A stretch of DNA of 63,749 bases, the filler included, from Collodictyon triciliatum (Eukaryota): the NCBI GenBank assembly GCA_043381765.1. It is 5 parts of 5 records of this genome, joined end to end, with 100 filler letters (N's around TTAATTAATTAA, not from the genome) between each part and the next. Parts side by side here need not be neighbours in the genome. Positions count along the whole stretch, not along the records: positions 41,965 to 51,826 come from JBHJMP010000341.1; positions 51,927 to 60,124 come from JBHJMP010000342.1; positions 60,225 to 63,749 come from JBHJMP010000416.1; 2 more parts are not named here. One strand, 5' to 3'. Both the position numbers and the translations under genes were made by a program. Below are positions 41,865 to 60,418 of the stretch, in pieces (position 1 is the stretch's first letter; every line of letters begins with the position of its first letter). The notes under the pieces were generated by a model. It was not told where the DNA came from. It saw only the letters and a program-made list of their open reading frames with translations, and made no database searches.

Positions 41865-42287
41865 NNNNNNNNNNNNNNNNNNNNNNNNNNNNNNNNNNNN
41901 NNNNNNNNTTAATTAATTAANNNNNNNNNNNNNNNNNNNNNNNNNNNNNNNNNNNNNNNNNNNNTAAAAACCATAAAAACCATAAAAACCATAAAAACCA
42001 TAAAAACCATAAAAACCATAAAAACCATAAAAACCATAAAAACCATAAAAACCATAAAAACCAACAATCCAACAATCCAACAATCCAACAATCCAACAAT
42101 CCAACAATCCAACAACTAAGCAAAATATCAAACAAACAAACACAAAGCCAACATCTTCACCATCCTGCACAAAATTGAAAGGAAGAATAAAAAAAAAATC
42201 AAACAAACAAACAAACAAACAAACTTATTAACAAATATTTGAATGTAACAACGTAGATAATGTCCACTTAAATAACACACTATCCAG

Positions 42288-43672
42288 TTTTGATAGGTTC
42301 ACGTACGAAGGATATACTTTCGCTCTTCCGGCTTCCACCAAAGCAACAGGAACATATTTTTACAATGAAGGTGCTCATTTATTTCATTCAAATCAAAATG
42401 TACACGACAAGGAGTGCAATCAGTCACACATACATAAAAAAAAATTGTACAAATACTGGTAACAGCTATAAAAACCTCATACTTCTGTACAATAGAGAAA
42501 GGACTCTCCCTAAAAATTCACAAGATCAACTATAAAAGTCTGCCAATTAATAAATATGAAGATGATATCATCAGGGCATACGCAGAGGACCTTTTTTTGC
42601 AGGCAAGAATGTCATTTCCTCTTAAATTTGCATTTCGATTTGAGTAGCAATAATTTCATCACAGTTTTTTTTTTTCATACTTTGATTGTTAAGCAATTCT
42701 TTTGAAATCAATAATAGTTTGATCAAAAGCTGAAGATCTATGCCAATACTCCATTCCAAAAGAAGAGAAGAATTGAGGGAGATGTCAGTGAATGGAAATG
42801 TTGGAAGGTTCAACCATGTCATACACATATTATAATCTGACTCATTCAGTATTTACCTCATTCACAAATTCAACATATATATACTACCTAAAAAAATTAT
42901 TATTTTTAGATAGACGCTATAGTTGATGAAGAAGTGATATCGTGTGCTGCCATGTTGAGAAAATGTATTATGATTATTATTACAGTTTGCTTTTAATAAA
43001 AATATACAAAAAATGCAAGGTATTACCCTTTACTTTTCATTTTTATAATGGCACGCATATACTAAATATTATCATTTGTCTTAGTTTTGCCGCCCTCAGG
43101 AGAGTCATCGGAATTAATCATGGTATACTTCAGAATTCAGAAATCCAGAGAAGGTTAGTACTTGAAATATATTATGCATTACAACTATAATTAGCTTAGA
43201 CGTGTCATTATCATTTTTTTTCAAATATAAAATCTTTTAATCATTCCTAATCATAAATTAACATTTTCATATTTTGTCCAATGTAGATTCATTTTCATAT
43301 TTCGATGCTATTCTTGACATGTTTAATCCTCTGAAGTCTACATATGATGTTTCTGCCATCGAGGCGAAAGTGAAGTCATTAAGGTTTATGATATTTCAAA
43401 TTATACTCTGCTACTTTCAATTCAAGTTCAGGTTTACGAGATGTTTCCATTTTCTTTCTCTTTACTATTTCTTATCTGTGAGCTATTCGTTTTTTGTCTT
43501 GAAATGTAGCGCCACTGAGGACTACTATCGTTGGGCAAATACTTACTTCCGCATTCGTCCTTTTGAGAGACACATCCTAGAGGTAAATCATTTGATAAAT
43601 ATTGTATTCTATTTTCAATTATACATATACTTTCTTGCTGTTCTTAAATTCCATTAATGATGATAATCATAA

Positions 43673-43762
<90 letters not shown>

Positions 43763-46552
43763 TATTATTATTATTATTATTATGAAGATATTCCTGCACT
43801 CTACAGAGTCTTGCTTTGAGATTCCAAATCCAGATGCAGGTGACTTTTTTTTTTGTATATTATTCATCACTTCAAATACCGATTCCATGTGAAAGATATA
43901 TACCAGTTTTGGGTCATATATTAATACGGAAACTATCAGATTTGAAGTGGTTAATTTTTACATAAAAATCATTCGTACCAGATAACTCCATGAAATTGAC
44001 ATGGAAAGTCTTTGTTTCAATGACCAAGCTGCAAAATCCCGATTGTATGATGACACATATGACATACTAAATGAATTGATATAAGATTCAACAATTATTT
44101 CACTTTAAATCAAATAAAGGACTTTTTTTTATTGTCATTCGTTCATAAATCAATACCGTATTATTTGAAGATCCTGCGCAAAATTGAAATAAAGAAAAAT
44201 GGTTGTATCATTTAAGAATGTCTATTTTTTTTTTACCACATATACAACTATATAAGCTTTTATAATTAAAATTTAAAACTCCTTAATGATAGACCAGAAC
44301 ATGGCAGATTTCGAAACCCGTCTCATGACTTACCTTTCTGTTTTTATTGATTCTGGATTTCGCAACGAAAAATGCATGGAATGGTAAATCGATCACGATG
44401 AAAAAATTATTACAAGAATTTAGGACTCTAATTAGCCGGCTTTTAATTGCTATTGCTATTGCTATTACTATTTCTGTATTGATAATGATTATAATTATAA
44501 TATGATGAAAAGGTGGCAAAATTATGTGCTCATTGCAACATTGCAACCAAGACAGGTATTTTTTTTTTGTTGATGAAAGCAGGAATATAATTATGAGTTT
44601 TGTACCGATCTTAACACATCAGATTATTAATAATAATATCATTTTGATATTTTTAATCACAGAAATTTGATGAAATTATTTCAAGCCTTTTAAACTTTCG
44701 ACAAGGAAAGCGATTAGTGTCAATAATGACCGTATGAGCCCCTCTTCAAATTTTTATTCTCTTTCTAAATGTTAACGAACGAGAAAAGATAGCCGAATAT
44801 TTTTTTTCCCGAAAATTTGATGGAAAAATTATTTAAACAGAAGTTTTAAATTGAAATTAAAATCCGTAGACATTGCATTTATCTAGCACACATCATAGAT
44901 TAGCAAACAGGAAATCGACAAAATCAATCAACCTTTGGCGTTGAATATTCCATTTCTCAGTCGTTTGATCCAATCCGAATACTTGAAAATTACAATGAAG
45001 TATTGTAAAAATTACGAAACATTAAGCAATTTGTGTACAATTATAAAAAAAATAATATGAAATACGAGAGAAATTAGCGTCCTCTTCTAAAAATCAATCA
45101 GGCATCAATACATACTCAACCATAACAAAATATATTAGGCCTGAAGTGTACTTTTCGTTCATCATACTGCTTACCAAACAAAACTCGACTTTTTTGAGGC
45201 TTTGTGCCGCAGAAGCCGTATCACTTTTGATTGGAGATGAAAAAATGAGCAAAATTTTTCTTGAAACTCCTTACATATCCACTCTGACACAAAAATTAGT
45301 AGAGGTTAATTTCCATTTTCAAAAAATAGTTATCTTGTAAATTAAGAATTTTGATGTAAAGTTATCAAAGTTTTTTTTTTGTTTTATCGATTTTGTTCTA
45401 AAGGCTAAGTCGTTTTTTCTCTTCCGCATTTATGGGTATCAACATGCAATTCGTGTAGTCCTCCCCTATAACTTCGTGCACTAGCACCAGAAAGCCCCTG
45501 AATATTGTAGACGGAGACGAGGAATTTGTTGTTGTAAGAGAACATTCCCGTAATGATGAATCGAGGTCCATAATCAGTTCATCCATCGTCCCAACCCAGA
45601 AGAATTCTATCAACTACGACCGAGAGAAAAATACGTTATCCGGGGTAGTCAAGGTAAAATATTCTCTTTTATTCCACGATGTCCTGGTACAAAATTTTAT
45701 GTGGAACACTAGTTTCATTGGTCATATACACAAAATACTTTTATTTTTTTTATTAATATGAGACCAACTTCTTACAGGTCAAAGAAACTATTCCAACACG
45801 CAGATTTATTCGTCTCGTAGGAAACATGTTGTATATCCACGAGAATCAGCAGGAAGTATGCAGTTGGTTGATTATTATAAAATATGAGAAACCAGAAATT
45901 TAGTATCAAGTTCAATAACTCTGAAAATAGTTGTTTTTATTGGTTTCTTCAATCAATGTGATGGTCTCTTATCATTTATACTAAAATGACTAGACTGACA
46001 CTTTCATGGATTCTTTCGATTTCTTTCATTGTACTAGTATAGAGGTGTGTTTCTATAACATTTCAATTTTATTGGTCACTTCGTTTCAAGAACATCGAAA
46101 TTTTCAATTATTAGACTTCCCTTGGAATGCAAAGAAGTTGGGTAATGGATTCCAACTTTAATCGTTTTTCCCTTCTTTTCGATAATCATGTAGCATGATG
46201 AAAAGAAAAACCAGATCTTGCTTCGGTTCTTATACGGAGAAAAAGAAATATTCACCTTGGACAAACACGCCTTCTACAACTGGATGCATTTTTTCTCATG
46301 TTCAGAATATTATTCAGTAAGCCTTTTTATGCTTCCTAATTTCAATTTTTTTTCAAACCATCTGATTGTTGTGAAACTACAAATTTAGAAAAAAAAATAC
46401 AAGAAAAAAAAGCACAAATATAAGACGCATTAATCACTCATGAACACTTTTGTGTATTTTGTTATACAGGGACCTGAAATAGCTGGATATGAGACACCTT
46501 TTGGATTTGATATGTTGAGATATTCCTTTAATATCGTATCATCTTCATCTCG

Positions 46553-46598
<46 letters not shown>

Positions 46599-46602
46599 TA
46601 TT

Positions 46603-46677
<75 letters not shown>

Positions 46678-48328
46678 GTCTTATGAGTGGAAATGACGGT
46701 ATATTATTGTTCGTCGTTTTTAATTTTAGTTAACTTTTTGTCATGAAAAATTAATATCTGAAATACTTTAATATCCGAACCTATAGTTCACCACCAGAGA
46801 CAGTCGTTGTCAAAGTATTCATTCTTCCCTTAGAATCTCTTCATTAACACCTCGCGATATCTCCATGAAACACATTTCTATACCAGCACATTCCCTGACA
46901 GTCTTAAATTAGGGAAAGCCTATCGATGATGAAGCCTTATTTTTGCAAAATATCCTATCCCTGGCCGAGTTTTGCGATGAAGGTGGAAATATGATGCTGA
47001 CGGAGGATTGGGTGGTGCCCAGAATTACTATGAATCTGAGCGAGGACGTTTATGTGTACCGAAGAGAAGGAATACAGAAACAGGTATGTGCCATATCTGA
47101 TTTTTTTTTCTTGCAGAAACTAAAAAANNNNNNNNNNNNNNNNNNNNNNNNAACAAAAAAAAACAAAAAAAAAAAAAAAAAAAACAAAAAACAAAAAACA
47201 AAAAACAAAAACTAACGAGTAACCCTCCCAATCTATAGAATACTCTGTACAAAATACTGCATCAAGTGGTCTTTTATGCGTCAGTCAAAAACCTTGTAGT
47301 ACTTTGTCCAGATTTAAATAGTAGAAAAGGTTTTTGGGAGGTGGTTATAATATGAACTTCAAACTAAAAAAAAAAAGAAGAAATAATTACAAAGTATATA
47401 AACCATTTTCGCATTTAATCATAAAAAGAAAAAAAAAGAATATTCGCTAATATCTTTTATTCTTTGGCAGAGCGATAATTTTGTCAAGTACTTTCTTTTA
47501 CACTTGTTCAGCCTAGACACAAAGGTCGTAGCCTTATGTCTCTGTCTTTTGAGGCTCCCAACCCATAGGTTTTATGCCGAGGACACAAAATGCATACACA
47601 TATACATCGAAATATTTCCTTTTCAACACCAAATCTTCAAAATATCCATTCAAATATCCACACATACACTCACTAACCGGCTCTTTTTTCTTTCTCTTTT
47701 CTTGCATACGATTCGAAGCGAGGCACCGATTCAAGACCTCAGAAATGAATACCGAAGAAAGTTTGCAGAAAACGAGGTGATTCGAAATCTATCCAGTCTG
47801 CTGTGTAACTTGACCTTTGGGACAGACCAAGATGCTCTTCTCGTCGAGACTGTGGACTGCCTTTCGTAAGTATTTTATTGTGCCTGGGGACACGACACTG
47901 TGATGGAGACGAAGTTCTTTTTCTTTCAAAAATGTACAATAAAATACGGGCCAAGATAAGATGAAGAGCTTTCACAAAGATGTAATGATGACCAAATACG
48001 TATAAATAGGATGTTTGTAGATCAGTCCATGGAATTCTACCTCAGTCAGGCAAAGACAAAAGACATACTAATCGAAATCCGAGATGCAGGCTTCCGTGAC
48101 CCGCTAAAATCAAAGGCAACTGATTGATAACCATTATCTCATATACGTCAAAATTAGACGAACAAAAAAAAATAATTGGAAAATTGGAAAAAAGTAAAAA
48201 AGAGAAAGAAAAGTCGACTTTAGTTGGATGTGACGTTTCGAAGAGCTTCACTGACGTTTTTATATGACATCATCGTTCAGACAAAAATGTTAGTCGAGCA
48301 AATAGAAAGGATAGAAAATGTCAATTAA
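42288..48328 (+). CDS. Large multi-exon protein with helical (ARM/HEAT-like) regions and a PH-like domain; 5' end missing, 3' end uncertain (48127 or 48328)
   Basis: More than 20 phase-consistent exons. PH-like segment LSGVVKVKETIPTRRFIRLVGNMLYIHENQQETDTFMDSFDFFHCTSIEHDEKKNQILLRFLYGEKEIFTLDKHAFYNWMHFF; helical segments such as LRLCAAEAVSLLI and VIRNLSSLLCNL. Confidence 0.7.
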
Positions 48329-48825
48329 ACTGCCTATGAAGTGAGACTCGCTACCGCCTCGTGGTCATTAATCAAGAAAAAGCGCAGCTACTTTATTGCG
48401 AAGGGACAGTTACCAAAATAAAACAAACCATATTTCTTCCAAGAAAAAGAAAAAGAAAAAGAAAAGAAAAAGAAAAGAAAAAAAGAAAAAAAGAAAAGAA
48501 AAGAGGATGTTGAATGTAATGCACCAGTAGCCTGACACACTCGATAACACGTCCAAGGAAAAAAGGGAGACATGAAATTATACAGCGTCGCCTTTGCTGG
48601 TTTCTTTTTAAAACTCATTTTTCTCTACTCCATTTTTGTACATCGCAATTAATCATTTCTTTCGATTCTATGAAGACCAGTAGTGGCCTGCAAGGAAATT
48701 TGCATCGAATGTATTGTTGAGAATCAATTTAGAGAAGATGGTAGAATGTTTTGGGGGGACATTCTCTGGCAGGTATGAGAAATATGATGCGCGCTTACGG
48801 AATGCGAGCTGGCTGAACGATACCA

Positions 48826-49941
48826 TTATAGATCTGTATCATGTCGACCATTCTGCGTGATATTCACGGAGATTCACCGATATATAAGTGGAATAGTTTG
48901 TTGATGGACAATGATTGACACCGCAAAAATCACCAGAGGCAATGACATTTAAAAATAACAACGACAACAACGACAACAACAACAACGACAACAACGACAA
49001 TAATAATAATAATAATGATACTCGGAAATCAAAAACTAATTAGTTATGCTAATTTTAGAATTTTCATGAAAATACCTGGGCTGATGTTCGGCGAATCTTA
49101 GAGTTCTTTTGTTTTCTCTCTCTATTCGATGGTATTAAATACCAGGCAAATCCTCGAGTGAGTTGCACAATATATTTTTGAAGCGCGTTTTGGTCATATT
49201 CAGTAAAATCCTTGGAAATAATTGCTGAAAAATCAGGATGTTGTCTAAAATATGCCCGCTAATTTTTTTGGTGAAAATGATTAAAGACAAAGAAAAGGCA
49301 AATTGAAAGAAAATAGAGAGAGAGAATGAGAGAGAAAAAAAAGGAGGCACATTTAAAAAATTAAGGACCAGTTAGGAAGCACACAATTGAAAGTTTCTAT
49401 TAAAATGAATGACCATTTTCGTCAGTAATTTGGAATGATGTTAAACTTACAGCATCATCTTTAATCTTGACATGGACTTTGGGGTCCGAAGATTCATCGC
49501 ATATATTTGCCATCTGATTAATATAATCTGACCAACATAATTTTCCTATGGCACGAATTTTCGCCTTGGCAGTGTCATCGAGCTGCTTCTTAACGATTTG
49601 TCTGGGCTCAAGTTTGCTTGCTGCTAAAATGTTTCGAACTGATTCCATCAAATTTATATTATATTATAGTCTAATATATTTTAGATGAAAATGAAATAAA
49701 TGAAAGATGTTCTCAGCTTATTATGATTCAAGAAAATTTATTTATTTTAACCTTCAAATGTAAATTCCTGATATGATGGCGCAGTCATTGAATCGTGGGG
49801 TGGATCTTTTAATGTATTAGTGATCAAACATTAGCAATAACAAACAAAAAAGAAACAAAAAAAGAAACAAAAAAAGAAACAAAAAAAGAAACAAAAAAAG
49901 AAACAAAAAAAGAAACAAAAAAAAGAAACAAAAAAAAGAAA

Positions 49942-49978
<37 letters not shown>

Positions 49979-51635
49979 AAAAAAAGAAACAAAAAAAGAA
50001 ACAAAAAAAAGAAACAAAAAAAAGAAACAAAAAAGAAACAAAAAAGAAACAAAAAAGAAACAAAAAAAGAAACAAAAAAAAGAAACAAAAAAAAGAAACA
50101 AAAAAAAGAAACAAAAAAAGAAACAAACAACAAATATTTACATGCTTATCGAAAATCCCAAAATATGCAATTTTTTTTTTATAAATTATGCCTTATAATA
50201 GGTAATATATTGCTATTATGTGCATTTGTTTTTTAAAAAAAGAAAAGGAACAAAAAAAAATCAAAAGGAAGAAAAAAAGAAAAGAAAGAAGGAAAGGAAC
50301 AGGCCGAATAGTTAATCGAATAAAAAAAATGTATTGAATATTACGGGTAAATGGGACAGCTCCGCAGTATGGATGATGCACATCCGTTTGTTCGTGGATA
50401 TGGCCGAGCGAGACAACCTCTTGACACGTATTTGGGAATAGTTCTCTTTCGTATGCATCATCATGAATCAGAGATATTTGAGCCTCTCGAGATTGATGTA
50501 AATCTCTAGTATTAGCCCTGCTTATAATATCTGTGGCCTGAGATTCAATCACAGGAAAGAGAAATGATTTCTTTGCCTTTGTTCGGAAAACAGGTGTTTG
50601 TCCGTTGAACTGCCGCTCGTGACTGGCAGTGTTTTGGGCAGAGTCCTCGTGGTGCTGTCTGAAATGGCAGTTTCTCGGTACAACCTCGTGTATGTAATTC
50701 TTATCATGCGGAGGAATCTCTGGTAGAGGCGAAGACCTAATTAAATCTTCGTTGCCGATGCTATGATGAATTCTCTTGTGGGGGTTGCATGCATTCTCAT
50801 GGCTCGCAGGTGATGTAGCAGAATTCTCATGAATCTGATCTAGAAGCGTCTCCGGTGCATTGTGAACAGATGCCACAGGCAAAGTACTTGAAGATGGCCC
50901 GAGACATCGCGGCTGGGAAGAGACTGTGCGGACCGGGATAGGAAGGATTAGATGCGAGTGAGGCTGTGTGCGCTGAAGTGGTGAAAATCGGACGGTGGAG
51001 CAGTCGGGAATTGGAGCATCGGAGGTCAGATGCACCCACAGCCTCACATCCTCATCAAGCAGCTGGTAGCACCCGAGAGGCGGAGATGTATCGTCGGAAA
51101 ACAGGCTCTGTGTTGGTGAGACGAGTTAGTCCATAGGTATATTCTGTATTATTGGTTGCAGTGATTTTTCCTACTGAATTTTACTTCTATCGACAAGCCA
51201 TTTTTTTATTTTACTTGTTTAATTGATATGACCATGGCAAAATTACTGGGCTACTTTAATATATGTTTATTCTAGAGTATTTGATTTTAAAACTATTATT
51301 ATCATTAAAAGATTAATTATCTTCATCAATTATTGATATTTCTAAAATATAAATATCAGTGGTATATTTTTCTCATCAGAACTATGTGATGACAGAATCT
51401 TGCTTTCCTTTTTAAATTGTCGGTTTTTTGGTTAAGCGCAGTTGACATAACACACACATATATATATTCCATCATATCCAACATTTTTTTTATCTGTTTA
51501 AATTGATTTAGAGACCGGGGTGAGTTCTGCAAGGCGCATTCGCGTCCATGGAAATTGGGAGAAGACGCACACAACATCGTTGAAGTCGAGAGAAAGCCTC
51601 ACATAGACAGTGAAGCCCGTGCCAGCCTTTTCCAT
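48826..51635 (-). CDS. Hypothetical protein (6 exons) with a small beta-rich N-terminal domain, a disordered middle and a helical C-terminus
   Basis: MEKAGTGFTVYVRL...ELTP|SLFSDD...YQLLDEDVRLWVHL...IPDCSTVRF; later exons VRNILAASKLEP..., RAYFRQHPDF... and NGRHDTDL* join in phase via GT-AG. Confidence 0.6.
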
Positions 51636-51735
51636 GACCAGGTTCTCTGAAGCTTTCGTGTTCCTTTCTTTTCCCTACGACTATCGTGAATTTTTTCTTT
51701 TTCTAGAAACAAAAAGTCAGAACTTTAGTGTAGAC

Positions 51736-51826
<91 letters not shown>

Positions 51827-51926
51827 NNNNNNNNNNNNNNNNNNNNNNNNNNNNNNNNNNNNNNNNNNNNTTAATTAATTAANNNNNNNNNNNNNNNNNN
51901 NNNNNNNNNNNNNNNNNNNNNNNNNN

Positions 51927-52010
<84 letters not shown>

Positions 52011-52123
52011 CTCTCTCTTTTCTCTTTTTCTCATTTTCCACTTACATGACTCTGGAACAATTCGTGGTGAACCACAACCATTTATTTGTCTATTTGTCTA
52101 TTTTCTTTTTCAAAAAAATGTAG

Positions 52124-53483
52124 GCCATCAAAGAGCGCGGAGATGCTGCACTGAAGGACTTTACAAAGAGATTCGACAAGGTTTGTTATCCAAAACCAAG
52201 ACATTTAGCCCCTGACGTTGAAATATTCTTCACTTCTACCGTGCCACTCTACGGGCAAACTTTTATGCATTTTTACATACACACCACCGAAAATAGCAAA
52301 GTCCTTATAGGAAACCCCACAAAAAGAGAAGACACAAAAGAACATAAACCTACGCCAGAAGCCCAAATAATAATAATGATTTATACTTATGTAAAGAGTT
52401 AGTATGATGAGTGCTGTGTCATAACAAATAGGTCTCGCTGGATGAGGTGGTCATGAAGCTTCCTCTACCTGAAGATGTAAGTTCTGGTAAATTCCTAAAG
52501 CCATATGCAAAGCGACAACTTATCAGGATGATAGCCTCCTATGTCATGCTTCATAAATTACTTCAAGAGCTTCACAACTTCACTACATGAATAGCTTCCG
52601 TCTTAATATCTTGTTCAGATTTGATGTGCATATTAAACATGTATATCATATACTTTGAGAACTACGGCTCTTTGCTAAGACTTACCATTTTCCAAATACC
52701 TCAAGCAACAACCAGTCTTGACAGAGGCAGTAAAGAATGCCATCGACGGAGCATTCCAGAATATTCTTACGTTCCACAAGGCCCAGTTCCCCTCTGATTT
52801 GCATGTAGAAACAATGCCTGGAATCACATGCAGCAGAATTTGCAAACCCATTGACAGCGTTGGGTAAAACAATTTTACACATAATCCTGACACCTATTCC
52901 GTTAACCACAAAGCAGCTTTATGCCCACCACATCGTCATACAAAACATCTCATGCAAACCTATCATAATGGCGTGCGTTCCGTCTGGATTCTGTCCGCTG
53001 TTGGTTAATGAAGTGAATTACTGTTAATTTTTTGAATTTATGAAATTTCATTATAAATCCAGATTGTATGTGCCTGGTGGCTCTGCAGTTCTCCCCTCAA
53101 CAGCTTTGATGCTCGGTGTGCCTGCGATGGTGGCTGGATGCAAAAACATCGTAATTGCCACACCTCCTCGACAAGGCAAATATTGTTTTGGATAGACATA
53201 TACTGATACAAAAATACGCAGAGCTGGTTGTAAATGTAGAGAAGCCTTCTACTTGGGCGTAATTGGAACTAAAATTTTATAATGGCACATGTGATTTTGA
53301 TAGATGGAAGCATCTGCCCCGAAGTCCTCTATGTTGCCCACAAAGTCGGTGCATCATGTGTTGTTAAGGCTGGCGGCGCTCAAGCGATCGCCGCAATGGC
53401 CTTTGGGACAGAAACTGTGCCAAAAGTCAATAAGGTTCAGAGATTGTTGATTGACGTTCGTATATGTCCCCTCCCCCTCCACC

Positions 53484-53517
<34 letters not shown>

Positions 53518-54980
53518 TCGATTCAAAGCGTCACTCACAAAAGTTGAGATATAAATAAGTTCATAATTACATAAAATTTTTTTTGGCATACTTATTACTA
53601 TGATATCATTACCTCTGATTCTTTTCCTCGTTTATTCACTAATTAAAGTTTACTGTTTCATGTACTCAATTATACGTCTATGAACTATTACACATACCTA
53701 ACTGCACCTAGCATCTTTATCTGCATATCGCTTTAACATAAGCGCGATGGCTTGCATATAACGTTCCTCTAATTACTCCTTCCCTTCATCAATGACCTAT
53801 CCATAACGTATTCATTTAAGATGAATATTTAGATTTGCGGACCAGGAAACCAATACGTCACTGCTGCTAAAATGATTCTACAAAATAGCGACAAGGTTTT
53901 CCTTCTTTTTTTTCTTCTCCTTTTTGAGTGTCCCAGCGACCAATTGTACGTCAAACCACCCTGACTGCCTCCATTTTTCGTTCTCTCATCATCTGGTTGG
54001 CAACTATGGCAAGAAACTGACGCATTCTGTTTTCACTCAAGGCGATGATTAGCATCGATATGCCTGCTGGGCCATCAGAAGTTCTTGTCGTAGCCGACGC
54101 AACGTCAAACCCTGCATACGTAGCTGCCGATCTCCTGTCCCAGGTGCGTCCATCAAGACACCCACTCTACCCCTATGTTTCGCTCCATCCACCGAAACTA
54201 CTGGGGTCATGTACATATCCATCGATCAATTTTCCCTCCACTATGCACAAAATCTATTGTGGTATTGGTCAAGCTCTACTTAACCGGCCGATCATTCATA
54301 AATCATGAACAGGCTGAGCACGGCCCAGATAGTCAGGTTGTCCTGGTCCTCGTAGGGAATGGTCCGCTGAGTGAAATCCTCCGTGAAATAGAATCTCAGG
54401 TCTCCGTCTTACCGCGAGGTGACATCGCAAGAAAGGCGCTCGAAAAAAGCTATGTTATCAGCGTAAGTTCACCATATCTTTGATAACTTTTGTTGCATCT
54501 ATCAATTGAAGCAATTTAAATACAGTCTTCAACCTCCCACCCATTATTTTACTGAGAGAGCGAAGGGATCATAGTAATTATAAAATTAGAATAAAAATAT
54601 TCACACACACATCCACACAGGTACCCGATTACAAGGAAGGCCTCCGCTTCTCCAATTTATACGCCCCTGAGCACCTCATCCTCAACTTCGAAAGCGCGGA
54701 CGAGTACGTAGACCTTGTGACAAGCGCAGGCTCAGTCTTTGTGGGGCCGTATTCCTCTGAAAGCTGCGGCGACTACGCGTCCGGAACAAACCATACCCTT
54801 CCAACCTATGGCTACGCCAGAATCTACAGCGGCGTCTCCACAGACACGTTCCTCAAGCGTATCACTGTTCAGAAACTCACAAAGGCCGGGCTGGAAAACA
54901 TTGCGCCGCTCGTTGTCCCGCTTGCCGAGGTTGAAGGCCTGGACGCCCACAAACGCGCAGTGACAATCCGCCTTTCATAA
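52124..54980 (+). CDS. hisD: Histidinol dehydrogenase (HisD domain); N-terminus missing upstream of the scaffold join
   Basis: [114 protein letters not shown]. Confidence 0.97.
53176..53303 (+). other. GC-AG intron in hisD
   Basis: CCT CGA CAA G|GCAAAT...TGATAG|AT GGA AGC restores [15 protein letters not shown]. Confidence 0.85.
53487..53530 (-). mobile_element. Copy of the ultra-short retro-insertion with a long poly(A) tail; TSD not evident
   Basis: A run of about 29 T is followed by ATTCGATTCAAAGCG, matching the 28.6-kb copy. Confidence 0.65.
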
Positions 54981-55305
54981 ACACACCAGTGCCGACTCAT
55001 CACGATGCCTTCCTGTCACGCGTGATGGCGCCTTGTGTGGTTGCGGAGTCGAGAAGACGTGATGGCTGTCTACGCCCCTTGCGCGGAATCTCCTGGAACG
55101 AAATTGGAGCAGCCACTCGCGTCCTTGGCTGTGCCTCAGAAGAAAGCAGGAACCAGTGCCGGTATTTGGCCGATCGTGTGTGGTTTAGGGGGGTGGAAGG
55201 AGGCGCATTGAACTGCTCTCTGTCTCTGAACCTATGTGGCTCTGGCGCCTGCCTTGTAGTAACCCTAGGGGCTTGTTTTTTTATTTTTTTTAATATTAAT
55301 ATTAA

Positions 55306-55357
<52 letters not shown>

Positions 55358-55646
55358 GTTATTATTGTTATTATTGTTATTATTGTTATTATTGTTATTA
55401 TTGTTATTGTTATGCTTATTTTTAGGTTACTTCAAGCTTCGCTAATACCTCGAAAAAGAAAAAAAAGAAGTGAAACGTGTAAAGAGTCAAGAGAGTCTAC
55501 TACCTCTGAAAAAAATTAGAGAAAACGAAGACGGATATCGGCCTTCTAAGCTCATAAAAAAATAAATTAAATTATTTCATTATAGCCCTATAACACCCGG
55601 TAAATAAATATACTTCATAGAGCGACAGGCAAGCAGAGGCCAACAA

Positions 55647-59276
<3,630 letters not shown>

Positions 59277-60418
59277 AGAGTTGCCGCCTCCCATGCACCG
59301 CAGTTTGGCAGGGATAGTTCACCAAATCATTAAACTCCCCGAAAAAAACAAACTAAAAAAACCATTGCAAGCTGATGCAAAAATTTGGCCATATATATTT
59401 TTACATTAAAAAAAAAGGAAGAATAATTACGTTTTCTGAAACTCCTTTGTTTGATGTGGCTCGACGAACTCAACCTTGGGTATTCATCGATGACGCTGTT
59501 GCGTTTTGGATCAGCCCTTCACCCCGATCGCCACGAGTCGCTTTCTCCCAAACCTCGAAGTTCTTCACACCACTGAAGGGTCTCGTTCCTTCGAAGTTTT
59601 GATCTTTAGGGGGGAGCGTAGTGTGTGGCGTGGGGTTTTCTGAGATTATTCCTCTCTCTTTTTATCCTTTCTTTACAAGTCCTACCTCTTTCGAGTTTAA
59701 TATTTATATATGAAAAAAGAGAGGGAGGGAGAAGAGAAGAGAAGAGAAGACAGAGAGAGCAAGTTAGTTTCGGCACAGAGTTGAACAAACCTCGTGTTTT
59801 TGCTCTCCCTCATGAACACTTACCGTGCCAGGCTTGTTTTCGTGTGGGATTTGGATGAGTTGCTTTTCTGAATGGCTGAAAGGGGAGTTTGCCTCTGCGC
59901 AGTTGGATGAGGAGGTGTGTTTTCTCTTTTCTCTATTCTCTTTTTCTTTTTTTTTCTCTCTCTCTTTTTCTCTCTCTTTTTCTCTCTCTTTTTCTCTCTC
60001 TTCTTTTTCTTTCTTCTTTTTCTTTCTTTTTCTTTCTTCTTTTTCTTTCTTCTTTTTCTTTCTTCTTTTTCTTTCTTCTTTTGTCTTTCTTCTTTTGTCT
60101 TGTTTCTTTTTCTTTCTTCTTTTTNNNNNNNNNNNNNNNNNNNNNNNNNNNNNNNNNNNNNNNNNNNNTTAATTAATTAANNNNNNNNNNNNNNNNNNNN
60201 NNNNNNNNNNNNNNNNNNNNNNNNAAAAGAAGAAAAAAAGAAAAGAAGAAAAAAAGAAAAGAAGAAAAAAAGAAAAGAAGAAAAAAAGAAAAGAAGAAAA
60301 AAAGAAAAGAAGAAAAAAAGAAAAGAAGAAAAAAAGAAAAGAAGAAAAAAAGAAAAAAGAAGAAACAAAAGTATGTATCATTTTAACAAAGAATTTCACG
60401 TATGGGCACGCTTAATAC

